64,000 nucleotides of DNA from Candidatus Zapsychrus exili (GCA_030765585.1 JAVCCJ010000075.1:37482-101481), one strand, 5' to 3'; positions 9,718-20,734 are shown, counted from the first letter of the stretch. Notes: a model not told the origin generated them from the sequence alone. Numbers and translations are program-made.

Positions 9718-10563
9718 ATGGAAAAGAAAAAAAGAATTTTAGCTTTTGTAAGTATTTTGGCTTGGGGCATGTTTTTGGGAATGGTTGTCTTAGCTGCACA
9801 GCTTTTTGCTAATAGAATGTTAAGTCAGCAGAGTCAGATATTAAAGTCTCAAAAAGGGATAGAGCAGGCTTTGAAAGTTCAATTTGTTCCAGAAACTTCA
9901 ATAATGACTGATGTTCTAAAAGCGCAGAAAGATCTTATTGCTAGAGTGGCAAGATTAGAAAACACTTTAAACATTGTGAAAGCAAATCTTGGTGATAGAC
10001 AGGCAAAAAGACAAGCACCACCATCTGAAGATTACAACAAGGTACATGAGATACCAGTTGAGCATTCCCAGATAAGCGGTTCAAAAGACTCTCCAATAAC
10101 AATAGTTGAGTTTGCAGATTTTCAGTGTCCGTATTGCGCTAAATTTCATGGTCCTATTTTAGAGGTTTTAAAAGCTTATCCTGGCAAAGTTAAATATGTT
10201 TTAAAGAATTTTCCTTTAGGTTTTCACAAGGAAGCAAAACCTGCATCAAAAGCAGCTTTTGCAGCTGGCGAACAAGGAAAATATTGGGAAATGGTGGAAT
10301 TGCTTTTAGAAAATGGAAAGAATTTAAATCAGGAAAAATTTGAGGAGCTTGCAAAAGAAATAGGTTTAAACGTAAAGAAATTCTTAAAAGCCTTAAAAGA
10401 TAATGATGCAAAATATGAAGAATTCATTAAGAAAGATATTGATTTGGCGGGTAAGATAGGTGTTCGTGGTACGCCAACGTTCTTTCTTGATGGCAAGAAA
10501 ACAAGGGCAAGAAATTTTGAGGGATTTAAAAAAGAAATAGATGCAATATTAAATAAAAAATAA
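9718..10563 (+). CDS. membrane-anchored DsbA-family thiol:disulfide oxidoreductase
   Basis: N-terminal TM segment and coiled-coil linker. Thioredoxin-fold CxxC active site (FADFQCPYCAKFH) and cis-Pro region (GVRGTPTFF). Confidence 0.65.
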   Translation: MEKKKRILAFVSILAWGMFLGMVVLAAQLFANRMLSQQSQILKSQKGIEQALKVQFVPETSIMTDVLKAQKDLIARVARLENTLNIVKANLGDRQAKRQAPPSEDYNKVHEIPVEHSQISGSKDSPITIVEFADFQCPYCAKFHGPILEVLKAYPGKVKYVLKNFPLGFHKEAKPASKAAFAAGEQGKYWEMVELLLENGKNLNQEKFEELAKEIGLNVKKFLKALKDNDAKYEEFIKKDIDLAGKIGVRGTPTFFLDGKKTRARNFEGFKKEIDAILNKK

Positions 10564-10649
10564 TAAGTATTAAAGAATAAATAATAAAAGAACATTATCG
10601 TCCTTGTATTACAAATTGATCGGAACGATAATAAATGGAGGAGTAAATA

Positions 10650-10904
10650 ATGACAAAAGTTGGCGGTTTAACAAGTAAATATTATAAAGAGACTCGTGGG
10701 GTTAAAGTGTCTGGAGGTCAGGTTGTCAAGTCTGGTACTGTTTTGACTCGTCAAGGAGATAAGTGGAAACCAGGTTTAAATGTTATTGGAAGGACTCTTT
10801 TAACAGCTGCTTGTGATGGTGAAGTTTACTTTACTAAGAAAAAAGGAAATTATAAGAAAGAAGTTACGTACATTAATATTAAACAAATAGAGAAGAAGTC
10901 TTAG
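10650..10904 (+). CDS. rpmA: ribosomal protein bL27-like (divergent N-terminus)
   Basis: Aligns with the bL27 core (RGVKVSGGQVVKSGTVLTRQGDKWKPGLNVIGRTLLTAACDGEVYF against the [46 protein letters not shown] pattern). Lacks the canonical N-terminal AHKK motif. Strong RBS AGGAGTAAATAATG. Confidence 0.5.
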   Translation: MTKVGGLTSKYYKETRGVKVSGGQVVKSGTVLTRQGDKWKPGLNVIGRTLLTAACDGEVYFTKKKGNYKKEVTYINIKQIEKKS

Positions 10905-10915
10905 TTTAGCAAGTT

Positions 10916-12748
10916 ATGTGTGGAATAATTGGTTATGTTGGAGACAAACAAGCGCCGCCAATACTCATTGAAGCGCTTAAGAAGTTAGAGTACAGAGGAT
11001 ACGACTCAAGTGGAGTGGGTATTGTAGCTAAAGATCAAAATAAGATTTTTGCTCAAAAGACTCATGGCAAGATTGCTAGTCTTGAAAGTTTGATCAAGTC
11101 CCATCCTTTTCCGAAAGGGTCTGTGGGCATCTCTCATACACGTTGGGCTACGCATGGTGCGCCAAACAAAATAAATTCACATCCACATTTCGATTGTACT
11201 AAAAAGATACTAATAGTTCATAACGGTATTATTGAAAATTATGAGAGACTAAGAGAGGGCCTAAAAAAAAGAGGCCATAAGATAGTTTCAGATACTGATA
11301 CTGAGATTATTGCTCACCTAATTGAAGAAAGTTATAAGGGCAATCTTTTAAAAGCTACCCAAAAGACTATTAAGCAGCTAAGAGGCGCATTTGCGCTAGG
11401 CGTTATTTGTTCTGATGAACCGGATGTTCTAGTTGCTGCTCGTCTAGGTTCTCCTTTAATTATCGGAGTTGGTAAGAATGAGAATTTTATTGCATCGGAT
11501 GTTCCTGCCATTTTAAATCATACTAATAAAGTAATTTATTTAAAAGAAGGTCAGCTAGCTGCTATTAAGAAGAACAGTATTGCAACTTTTGATTTTGACG
11601 GAAAATCGGTTAAATCAAAAATCAATAAAGTAAATTTTAAGCCTAATTCAGTTAAGAAGCAGGGTTATCCACATTTTATGCTTAAAGAGATTCATGAGCA
11701 GCCGGATGTTTTAAAACAAATGTTCCGTGAAAGAATTAGCGGTAATAATATTCATTTAAAAGGATTGAATTTAACTGACAAACAGTTAGGGAAAATAAAA
11801 AATATTGTTATTGTTGCTTGTGGTACGGCATATCATGCAGGTATGGTGGGTAGATATTTAATTGAATCTTTGTCGGGAATTCCTGTTTCAATAGATGTTT
11901 CAAGTGAGTTTAGATATCGCGATCCAATTATCACAAAAAATAGTTTAGTTGTTGCTGTTAGTCAATCAGGTGAAACTGCAGATACTCTGGCGGCTGTTAA
12001 GGAAGCAAAGCAAAAGGGTGCAAATATTGTATCTGTTTGCAATGTGTTAGGTTCATCTTTAGCACGTGTATCAGATGGCATTCGTTATACTCATGCAGGT
12101 GCTGAAATAGGAGTTGCGTCAACTAAGGCATATACAGCACAGTTGGGTATTTTTTATTTGTTGGCAATAAAGCTAGGTCTTACAAATAAGAAATTGTCTA
12201 AAAAAGAAGCTGTAAAGATAATCAAAGATTTAAAACATGTACCATCGCATTATGCGCATATTTTAAAGAATAAAAATGTGATAGCAAGAATCGCAAGAGC
12301 TAATTCTCATTTTGGATGTTTTCTTTTCTTAGGAAGAAATATTAATTTCCCATCAGCGCTTGAGGGCGCTTTAAAGCTTAAAGAGATATCTTATATCCCA
12401 GCAGAGGGATATGCTGCAGGTGAAATGAAGCATGGTCCAATTGCACTTATTGACGAATATAGAGCTGTTATTTGCATTACTCCTGAATCTGATACTTACG
12501 AGAAAATGGTATCAAATATTCAAGAGATAAAGTCAAGAAAGGGTAAGATCATTGCAATTGCAACAGAAGGTGATGCTGGTATTAAAAAGCATGCCGGAAA
12601 TGTAATTTATGTGCCAAAAGTAAATAAGCTCTTAACTCCATTACTTACAGCTCTTCCGCTACAGTTAATTGCGTATTATATTTCAGTTAAACGAGGTTGT
12701 GATGTTGATCATCCTCGCAACTTAGCAAAATCAGTTACAGTCGAATAG
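10916..12748 (+). CDS. glmS: glutamine--fructose-6-phosphate aminotransferase GlmS
   Basis: N-terminal MCGIIGY glutaminase nucleophile. Two SIS domains. C-terminal ...KSVTVE. 610 aa. Confidence 0.95.
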   Translation: MCGIIGYVGDKQAPPILIEALKKLEYRGYDSSGVGIVAKDQNKIFAQKTHGKIASLESLIKSHPFPKGSVGISHTRWATHGAPNKINSHPHFDCTKKILIVHNGIIENYERLREGLKKRGHKIVSDTDTEIIAHLIEESYKGNLLKATQKTIKQLRGAFALGVICSDEPDVLVAARLGSPLIIGVGKNENFIASDVPAILNHTNKVIYLKEGQLAAIKKNSIATFDFDGKSVKSKINKVNFKPNSVKKQGYPHFMLKEIHEQPDVLKQMFRERISGNNIHLKGLNLTDKQLGKIKNIVIVACGTAYHAGMVGRYLIESLSGIPVSIDVSSEFRYRDPIITKNSLVVAVSQSGETADTLAAVKEAKQKGANIVSVCNVLGSSLARVSDGIRYTHAGAEIGVASTKAYTAQLGIFYLLAIKLGLTNKKLSKKEAVKIIKDLKHVPSHYAHILKNKNVIARIARANSHFGCFLFLGRNINFPSALEGALKLKEISYIPAEGYAAGEMKHGPIALIDEYRAVICITPESDTYEKMVSNIQEIKSRKGKIIAIATEGDAGIKKHAGNVIYVPKVNKLLTPLLTALPLQLIAYYISVKRGCDVDHPRNLAKSVTVE

Positions 12749-12774
12749 CTAGTAAAATACAAAACACAAGTAAT

Positions 12775-12904
12775 TGTCATCCCTGCGAATGCACGTAAAG
12801 TCTCGTTGGGACCACGTCCCTTTACGGGCAGGGATCTCCGTTTTTAAGATTAACGTTTCTCAAATTGTTAAGCAAGATTCCTGCATTCGCAGGAATGATA
12901 GCAG
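12775..12904. repeat. Intergenic element of about 130 bp bounded by a 17-bp terminal inverted repeat (TCATCCCTGCGAATGCA ... TGCATTCGCAGGAATGA); MITE-like or structured RNA
   Basis: Inverted termini read directly from the sequence. Internal GGGAccacgTCCC hairpin. Related termini recur at 18314..18338 and 24974..25104. Confidence 0.5.
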
Positions 12905-12913
12905 GTATTAAAA

Positions 12914-13576
12914 ATGTTATTTATTGTTTCAACTCCAATCGGAAATTTAGGCGACATTACCTTTCGTGCTGTTGAGGTACTTAAGGGTGTTGATTTGATC
13001 GCTGCAGAAGATACTCGTCATACTAAAACTCTTCTTAATCATTACAATATTAAAACTCCTCTCACAAGTTATTTTGAACATAATAAAATTAAGAAAGCTG
13101 ATAAAATCTTAGATCTACTAAAGGGTGGTCAAGATGTTGCTCTTGTAACTGATGCTGGCACGCCAGGCATTAGCGACCCAGGATATAGATTGATAAATCT
13201 CGCCAAAGAACAAGGGCTAGAGGTGAATGTTGTGCCAGGGGCAACGGCGCTTATTGCTGCTTTATCAGCATCAGGCTTGCCATCTGATAGGTTTGTATTT
13301 GAGGGGTTTTTGCCGCCCAAAATGGTTGCTCGTAAAAAACGTTTATTAAAGTCGCAAGATGCAAATTGTACTGTTATTTTTTATGAATCTCCGCATAGGA
13401 TACTTAAAACTTTAGAAGACGTTTCAGCGGTCCTGCCGCACGTCAAGGTCGTGGTTGCACGTGAGCTTACAAAGAAGTTTGAAGAAGTAAAAGAGGGTAC
13501 CGCAAGGGAGCTTGTTGATCATTTCACTAAAAACAAACCTCGTGGCGAGTTTGTTTTGTTGCTTAGTAAAAAATAG
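12914..13576 (+). CDS. rsmI: 16S rRNA (cytidine1402-2'-O)-methyltransferase RsmI
   Basis: Tetrapyrrole-methylase fold motifs TPIGNLGDITFRAVEVLKGVDLIAAEDTRHT and ALVTDAGTPGISDPG. Confidence 0.85.
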   Translation: MLFIVSTPIGNLGDITFRAVEVLKGVDLIAAEDTRHTKTLLNHYNIKTPLTSYFEHNKIKKADKILDLLKGGQDVALVTDAGTPGISDPGYRLINLAKEQGLEVNVVPGATALIAALSASGLPSDRFVFEGFLPPKMVARKKRLLKSQDANCTVIFYESPHRILKTLEDVSAVLPHVKVVVARELTKKFEEVKEGTARELVDHFTKNKPRGEFVLLLSKK

Positions 13577-13593
13577 AGGTAGTTTATTTTTTC

Positions 13594-13622
13594 TTGACAA
13601 TATTGTCTTTAAATGGCATACT
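13594..13622 (+). promoter_or_regulatory. sigma70-like promoter of the pyr operon (TTGACA-N17-CATACT)
   Basis: Perfect -35 TTGACA at 13594..13599, a 17-nt spacer and a -10-like CATACT. Confidence 0.45.
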
Positions 13623-13650
13623 CTTTTCAATAAACATTAACCTTTAAATT

Positions 13651-15234
<1,584 letters not shown>

Positions 15235-15235
<1 letters not shown>

Positions 15236-16512
15236 TGTCATTATTAATAAAGAATGCAATCATAGTTAGTTTTAAAAATATTTCTAAAGAAAAACAAGAT
15301 ATATTAATTGAAAAAGGTTTGATAAAGAAAATAGGTACATCAATAAAAGAGAAGGCAGCAAAGACAATTGATGCAAAGGGTAAAATTGTCATGCCAGGTT
15401 TTATAGATTTACATTCGCATCTTCGTGAGCCTGGACGAGAAGATAAAGAAACAATAGAGACAGGTTCTCTAGCAGCAGCAAAAGGCGGGTTTACAACAAT
15501 TATGTGCATGGCAAATACAAACCCTGTTATTGATAATTGTATGATAGTTGAGTCTATAATAAAAGAAGCGAAAAGAGTTGGATTGGTTAATGTAATTCCT
15601 GTTGGAGCAATAACTAGGGGATTAAATTCGGAAGAATTGACTGATATGGTTGAGCTAAAAAGCGCTGGATGTTTAGCGCTTTCCGATGATGGCAGGTCGG
15701 TGTTAAATAGCAATTTGATGCGCCTTGCTCTGCAATATTCTAGCATGGCTGAGATATTGCTTATTGAACATTGTGAAGACGACTTTTTAAGTAGCGGCGG
15801 TATGATGAACGAAGGGTATAACTCTACACTTCTTGGTATTAAACCAGACCCCGGAGTGTCAGAGACAGTTATATTGGCAAGGGACATAGAACTTGTTAAT
15901 TATACAAAAACTAAGATACATTTTGCACACATAAGTTTAAAACGTTCGACGGAACTTATTAAAAATGCAAAGAAAAGCGGTATAAATGTGACGGCAGAGG
16001 CATGCCCACATCATTTTACACTGACCGATGATGCAGTGAAGAGTTTTGATACGAGCACAAAAGTCAAACCACCTTTAAGAAGTAAAGAAGATGTGGATGC
16101 AATAAAACAGGCTTTATCTGATGGGACGATTGATTGTATATCAACAGATCACGCTCCTCATTCGAAGGAAGATAAAGAAGCTGATTTTGATAATGCGCCT
16201 TTTGGAATGATAGGTTTTGAGACAGCTTTAGGGCTTGCAATCAAAGAGTTGGTTGATGCAAAAGTAATAGCTTTACCTAAGTTGGTTGAGCTTATGTCAA
16301 AGAATCCTGCAGGAATCATAGGGCTTAAAAACAAGGGTGATATAAAAGAAGGAATGGATGCTGACATAGTTATCGTAGACGATAAAAAGGATTGGGAGTT
16401 TAAGAAAGAAGATATTGCCTCTAAATCAAAGAATTCTCCTTTCATAGGAATGATGTTAAAAGGAGAGGTTCAGACAACAATTTGTGCAGGAAAAATAACA
16501 TATCAGAAATAA
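15235..16512 (+). CDS. pyrC: dihydroorotase
   Basis: Metal-binding HSH (IDLHSHLREPG) and DHAPH motifs. Confidence 0.9.
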
Positions 16513-16576
16513 GGATTAAGGTTTAAGGATTAAGGTAAAGAATAATAAATTAAAAACTTTGGGATTTTAATAAAAA

Positions 16577-17092
16577 ATGGTTAATTTAAAAACTCCCGAG
16601 GCTAAAGAAAAAGAAGAAATAATCATGAATCAAAAAATAGTTATTTCAGTTATAGGCGGACATGATGTAGATGAAGATACAATTGATCTTGCATATAAAG
16701 TAGGTTCTATTGTAGCAAAGTCAGGTGCTATACTTGCATGCGGAGGTTTGTTTGGAGTTATGGAGGCTGCATCAAAAGGAGCAAAAGAGGCAGGTGGCTT
16801 AACGATAGGTCTTTTGCCAGGAAAAGATAAACAAGAAGCTAACCCCTACATTGATATTGCACTACCCACCACTATAGGCTACGCCAGAAATGCTATGGTT
16901 GTAGCATCAGCAAATATTGTTATTGCGCTACCAGGAAGTCACGGTACTTTATCAGAAATATGTTATGGACTGGTTTATAAAAGACCCATCATTGATTTAG
17001 GCAATTGGGATAAAGATGGGCTTATTAAAGTTGATAATTTAGAAGATTTGTCAAATAAAATTGCTGAATTGATCAGTGAAATCAATGTTTAA
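16577..17092 (+). CDS. LOG/TIGR00725-family Rossmann-fold protein inserted in the pyr operon
   Basis: GGxxG-type VISVIGGHD motif and the LOG-like PGSHGTLSEI motif (compare PGGxGTxxE). Confidence 0.6.
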   Translation: MVNLKTPEAKEKEEIIMNQKIVISVIGGHDVDEDTIDLAYKVGSIVAKSGAILACGGLFGVMEAASKGAKEAGGLTIGLLPGKDKQEANPYIDIALPTTIGYARNAMVVASANIVIALPGSHGTLSEICYGLVYKRPIIDLGNWDKDGLIKVDNLEDLSNKIAELISEINV

Positions 17093-17171
17093 TTAGATAT
17101 TTGCAATATTTGCTATTTGGACTATAATATCCAACATATAAATATAATACTAATAATAATATAAATTTAGT

Positions 17172-17963
17172 ATGATTAAGTCGCAGAACACATATAAAAT
17201 CATCTCAAACAAACAGGTAAGCGAGAAATTCTTTCATATTTGTATTGATGCAAAATCAATATTAAAGAAGATTAAGCCGGGTCAGTTTGTTCATGTCAAA
17301 ATAGATGACACTTTAACACCTTTTTTAAGAAGGCCATTTAGCATACATAGAGCTGATAGTTGCTTAGAAATTCTTTATGAGATTTTAGGTGAAGGCACAA
17401 AGAAACTTGCCAAGAAAAAGAAGGGTGACTCTTTAGACATTATTGGCCCTTTGGGAAATAACTTTAGCGCTCCACCAGAAGGTACAAAGAATATAACTAT
17501 TGTTACAGGCGGTGTTGGGGTAGCGCCATTTTTAGCTTTAACAGATATTCTTAAAAATAAGAAATATAATATTACGCTGCTTTATGGCGGACGTAATAGC
17601 GACTATGTGTTTAGTCTAAAAAGTTTTCTAAAGAACAAATGCAAGGTGTTTATATCTACTGATGATGGAAGCGTAGGGGTTCACGGAAGAGTTGATAAGT
17701 TTTTCAAAAATATAAGTTTTGAAGATGCATTTATTTATACTTGCGGTCCTGAGCCTATGATAAAAGAAGTACAGAAATTTGCAGTTAAGAATAAAATAAA
17801 AGGAGAAGCATCTTTAGAAGAAGTTATGGCTTGTGGCATAGGAGCTTGTTTAGGCTGTGCAACAAAAACAAAAGATGGTTTTAAATTGGTTTGTTATGAT
17901 GGGCCAGTATTTGATTTAGAAAAATTAGACTTTAATGCAAACGGGAAATGCAAATGCAAATAG
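17172..17963 (+). CDS. pyrK: dihydroorotate dehydrogenase electron-transfer subunit
   Basis: FAD/NAD-binding ferredoxin-reductase fold (RRPFSI). C-terminal 2Fe-2S cysteine cluster CGIGACLGC. Confidence 0.85.
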   Translation: MIKSQNTYKIISNKQVSEKFFHICIDAKSILKKIKPGQFVHVKIDDTLTPFLRRPFSIHRADSCLEILYEILGEGTKKLAKKKKGDSLDIIGPLGNNFSAPPEGTKNITIVTGGVGVAPFLALTDILKNKKYNITLLYGGRNSDYVFSLKSFLKNKCKVFISTDDGSVGVHGRVDKFFKNISFEDAFIYTCGPEPMIKEVQKFAVKNKIKGEASLEEVMACGIGACLGCATKTKDGFKLVCYDGPVFDLEKLDFNANGKCKCK

Positions 17964-18307
17964 TTTTATATGTATTGTTAGGATTAATAGGTGGTGGAGT
18001 CGGAGGTGCTCTTGGATTAGGAGGAGGGTCGATATTGGTTCCTGGGCTGGTATTTCTTTTTGGGCTAAGTCAGCACGAAGCACAGGGAACATCGCTTGCA
18101 GTAATGCTTCCGCCTATATTTATTTTAGCTGTTATGCGTTATTATCATGCAGGCCATGTAAATGTTAAAATGGCAGCTATCATTGCGATAGGATTTGTTG
18201 TTGGAGCTTTAATTGGAGCACATTGTGCTCAATATATACCAGACACTCATTTAAAAAAAATATTTGGAACATTCCTGATACTTATGGGGATTAAAATGTT
18301 AATATAG
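17948..18307 (+). CDS. small TauE/SafE (TSUP, DUF81)-like membrane protein, half-size, 4 TM
   Basis: Gly-rich TM motifs (GGGVGGALGLGGGSILVPGLVF) typical of the TSUP/DUF81 family. Overlaps the pyrK end by 16 nt. Confidence 0.5.
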   Translation: MQMQIVLYVLLGLIGGGVGGALGLGGGSILVPGLVFLFGLSQHEAQGTSLAVMLPPIFILAVMRYYHAGHVNVKMAAIIAIGFVVGALIGAHCAQYIPDTHLKKIFGTFLILMGIKMLI

Positions 18308-18313
18308 TTGCCC

Positions 18314-18338
18314 TGTCATCCCTGCGCAGGAATGACAG
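18314..18338. repeat. 25-bp near-perfect palindrome TGTCATCCCTGCGCAGGAATGACAG between the TauE-like gene and pyrD
   Basis: Same terminal sequence as the inverted-repeat element at 12775..12904, with the two arms abutting. Confidence 0.5.
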
Positions 18339-18351
18339 CAGAGAAGAAATT

Positions 18352-19260
18352 ATGAATTTAAAAGTAAAAATAGGAAAATTAAAATTTAGCAATCCAGTTA
18401 CAGTCGCGTCTGGTACTTTTAGTTATATGAAAGAATATAGCTCTATTGCCGAAATAAAAAAGCTGGGGGCCGTAGTTGCTAAAACAATTACTTTAAATGC
18501 TAGAGAGGGAAACCCATCTCCAAGAATTGTTGAAACAGCTGCAGGAATGGTTAATGCAATAGGTATTGAGAATAGAGGCGCAGATTATTTTATTGAAACA
18601 AAATTGCCTGAGCTTAAAAAGTTGGGTGTGCCGCTTGTTGTTAGTGTGTCTGCCAAAGAAGATAAAGAGTTGATATCATTAGTTAAAAAATTAAACAAAG
18701 CAAAAGGTATCGCCGCAATTGAATTAAATCTATCTTGTCCGAATTTAAAACATAAAACACTTGTTGCTCAGGATAAATATGCGACGTACAGAGTAATAAA
18801 AGCTGTTAAGAAGGCAACCAAATTACCTATAATTGCAAAACTATCTCCAAATGTAACTGATATAGTGCTTATTGCAAAATCTGCAGAGCGTGCAGGCGCT
18901 GATGCGTTAAGCTTGGTTAATACATTTTCAGCTATGGTAATAGATATTGATAAACGTAAATCTAAAATAGGAAACTTTACGGGCGGCTTAAGCGGGCCTG
19001 CGATAAAACCAATAGCAGTCAAGATGGTATATGATGTTGCACAGACGGTTAAGATACCAATTATTGCAATGGGTGGCATTATGAATGCAGATGATGCATT
19101 AGAATTTATTATAGCAGGCGCTAGTATGGTTGCTGTGGGTACTGCTAATTTTGTTAATCCATCAGCGCCAAAAGAAATTCTTGCTGGCATAAAAAGTTAT
19201 ATGAAGAAAAATAAAATTAGAGACATAAAGAAATTAATTGGAAGCATAAAGAAGGGCTAG
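18352..19260 (+). CDS. pyrD: dihydroorotate dehydrogenase catalytic subunit (class 1B)
   Basis: FMN-binding TIM-barrel motifs, NLSCPN active-site loop and GGIMNADDALEFIIAGASMV. Confidence 0.9.
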   Translation: MNLKVKIGKLKFSNPVTVASGTFSYMKEYSSIAEIKKLGAVVAKTITLNAREGNPSPRIVETAAGMVNAIGIENRGADYFIETKLPELKKLGVPLVVSVSAKEDKELISLVKKLNKAKGIAAIELNLSCPNLKHKTLVAQDKYATYRVIKAVKKATKLPIIAKLSPNVTDIVLIAKSAERAGADALSLVNTFSAMVIDIDKRKSKIGNFTGGLSGPAIKPIAVKMVYDVAQTVKIPIIAMGGIMNADDALEFIIAGASMVAVGTANFVNPSAPKEILAGIKSYMKKNKIRDIKKLIGSIKKG

Positions 19261-19263
19261 AAG

Positions 19264-20025
19264 ATGTCTATCAATAAAAAAGGTGAAATTATAGTAGCAG
19301 TAGATGTCCCAACGTTTGAAGAGGCGAGCAAAATCGTTGATTCATTAGTTGATAAAATTGATATATTTAAAATTGGGAGTCAGCTTTTTACAGCATGTGG
19401 TCCATTTATTATTCGCTATGTTGCAGCAAAGGGAAAGAAAATATTCTTAGATCTTAAGTTTCATGACATACCAAATACTGTAGCAAACGCGGTTACCGCA
19501 TCTGTCAATCTTAATAAAGCTGTTTTTGATTTAGCATCAGAAGATGACAAGAGAATAGAAATAAGCCCTGATGCTGGAATATTTATGCTTACAGTTCATA
19601 CTTTAGGTGGAGAGGAAATGCTTAAAAGAGCGGTTGAGGCAGCAGAATCCCAAGCAAAAGAATTAGGAGTTTTACGACCTAAAATAGTAGGTATTACAGT
19701 TTTGACAAGTGATGTGAAAACAGAGAATGTAGCTCAAATTGTATTAGAAAGAGCTACTTTAGCGAAGAAATGTGGGCTTGATGGTGTTGTTGCATCATCC
19801 TGCGAGGCGGCGATGATAAGAAAAGAATTAGGGGAAGATTTTATTATAATAACACCTGGTATTCGCCCGTCTGGGGCAGATGCAGGTGACCAAAAAAGAG
19901 TTACTACGCCAAGCGAGGCAATAAAAAATGGTAGCAACTTTTTAGTTATAGGTAGACCAATAGTTAAAGCAGATGATCTAGCTGTTGCTGCAGAAAATAT
20001 ATTAAAAGAAATAAACAATTTATAG
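19264..20025 (+). CDS. pyrF: orotidine 5'-phosphate decarboxylase
   Basis: DxKxxDIPNT motif (DLKFHDIPNTV), KIGSQLF and the C-terminal GRPI motif. Confidence 0.9.
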   Translation: MSINKKGEIIVAVDVPTFEEASKIVDSLVDKIDIFKIGSQLFTACGPFIIRYVAAKGKKIFLDLKFHDIPNTVANAVTASVNLNKAVFDLASEDDKRIEISPDAGIFMLTVHTLGGEEMLKRAVEAAESQAKELGVLRPKIVGITVLTSDVKTENVAQIVLERATLAKKCGLDGVVASSCEAAMIRKELGEDFIIITPGIRPSGADAGDQKRVTTPSEAIKNGSNFLVIGRPIVKADDLAVAAENILKEINNL

Positions 20026-20122
20026 ATTCCGACGTTTGCTTGCGCAAAGTCGGGATAAATTCGCACTTATGATTTATGATTCTTCCAATCGCATAAATCA
20101 TGTGCTCATTTAGGAGATAGGT

Positions 20123-20734
20123 ATGACTCAGCAAATACAAGAACTTATTAATAAAATAAAATCAGAGGGCGTAGAAGAGGCACAATCTAAAGCACAAGAG
20201 ATAGAGGCTGACGCTCAATCTCAGTCTAAGATAATTTTAGAAGATGCTAAGAAAAAAGCAGAGAAGATGATAAATGATGCAAATGCTGAAATAGAAAAAA
20301 CAGAGCAAGCATCTAAAATGAATCTTTTGCAGGCGTCGAGAGATGTTGTTCTCTCTTTAAGAGAAGAATTGCAAAACATATTAAGCAAGGTAGTAAGTAA
20401 AAATGTGAAATCAAGCCTATCAGCTGATAAGCTTTCTAAAATTATTGAAGACATAATTGAGAAGTCGGCAGAAACAAAATCTTTGGATGAAAGCATAGAG
20501 GTTGTTTTAAGTCCGAAGGATTTGGACTCTTTAAAGGAAAGCCTTTTATCCGGTTTAGGTAAGAAGCTTGAAGGCAAGATTGAGTTAAAAGCATCTGAAG
20601 ATATATCAAGCGGATTTACAATTAGCTTTGATGAAGGAAAATCTTGTTTTGATTTTACTGACGAGAGTTTGACAGAATATTTAAGCGTGTATTTAAACTC
20701 ACAATTATCTGATTTAATAAATAATTCAAAATAA
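20123..20734 (+). CDS. atpE: V/A-type ATP synthase subunit E
   Basis: Long N-terminal coiled coil rich in A, E, K and Q. Sits as the first gene of the V-ATPase cluster. Confidence 0.7.
   Translation: MTQQIQELINKIKSEGVEEAQSKAQEIEADAQSQSKIILEDAKKKAEKMINDANAEIEKTEQASKMNLLQASRDVVLSLREELQNILSKVVSKNVKSSLSADKLSKIIEDIIEKSAETKSLDESIEVVLSPKDLDSLKESLLSGLGKKLEGKIELKASEDISSGFTISFDEGKSCFDFTDESLTEYLSVYLNSQLSDLINNSK

Noticed and set aside
12775-12904. glmS ribozyme
   Set aside because: The element lies downstream of glmS, not in its 5' UTR, and lacks the conserved glmS ribozyme core. It is better explained as an inverted-repeat element.
16529-16556. Tandem AAGGATTAAGGT repeat as possible CRISPR or tandem-repeat locus
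   Set aside because: Only two short copies lie in a 64-bp spacer. There are no spacers and no cas genes.
17935-18168. 77-aa + strand ORF overlapping pyrK end and the TauE-like gene
   Set aside because: It is in an alternative frame of the Gly-rich TauE-like gene (GGx-rich codons give Arg/Trp-rich nonsense). Spurious.
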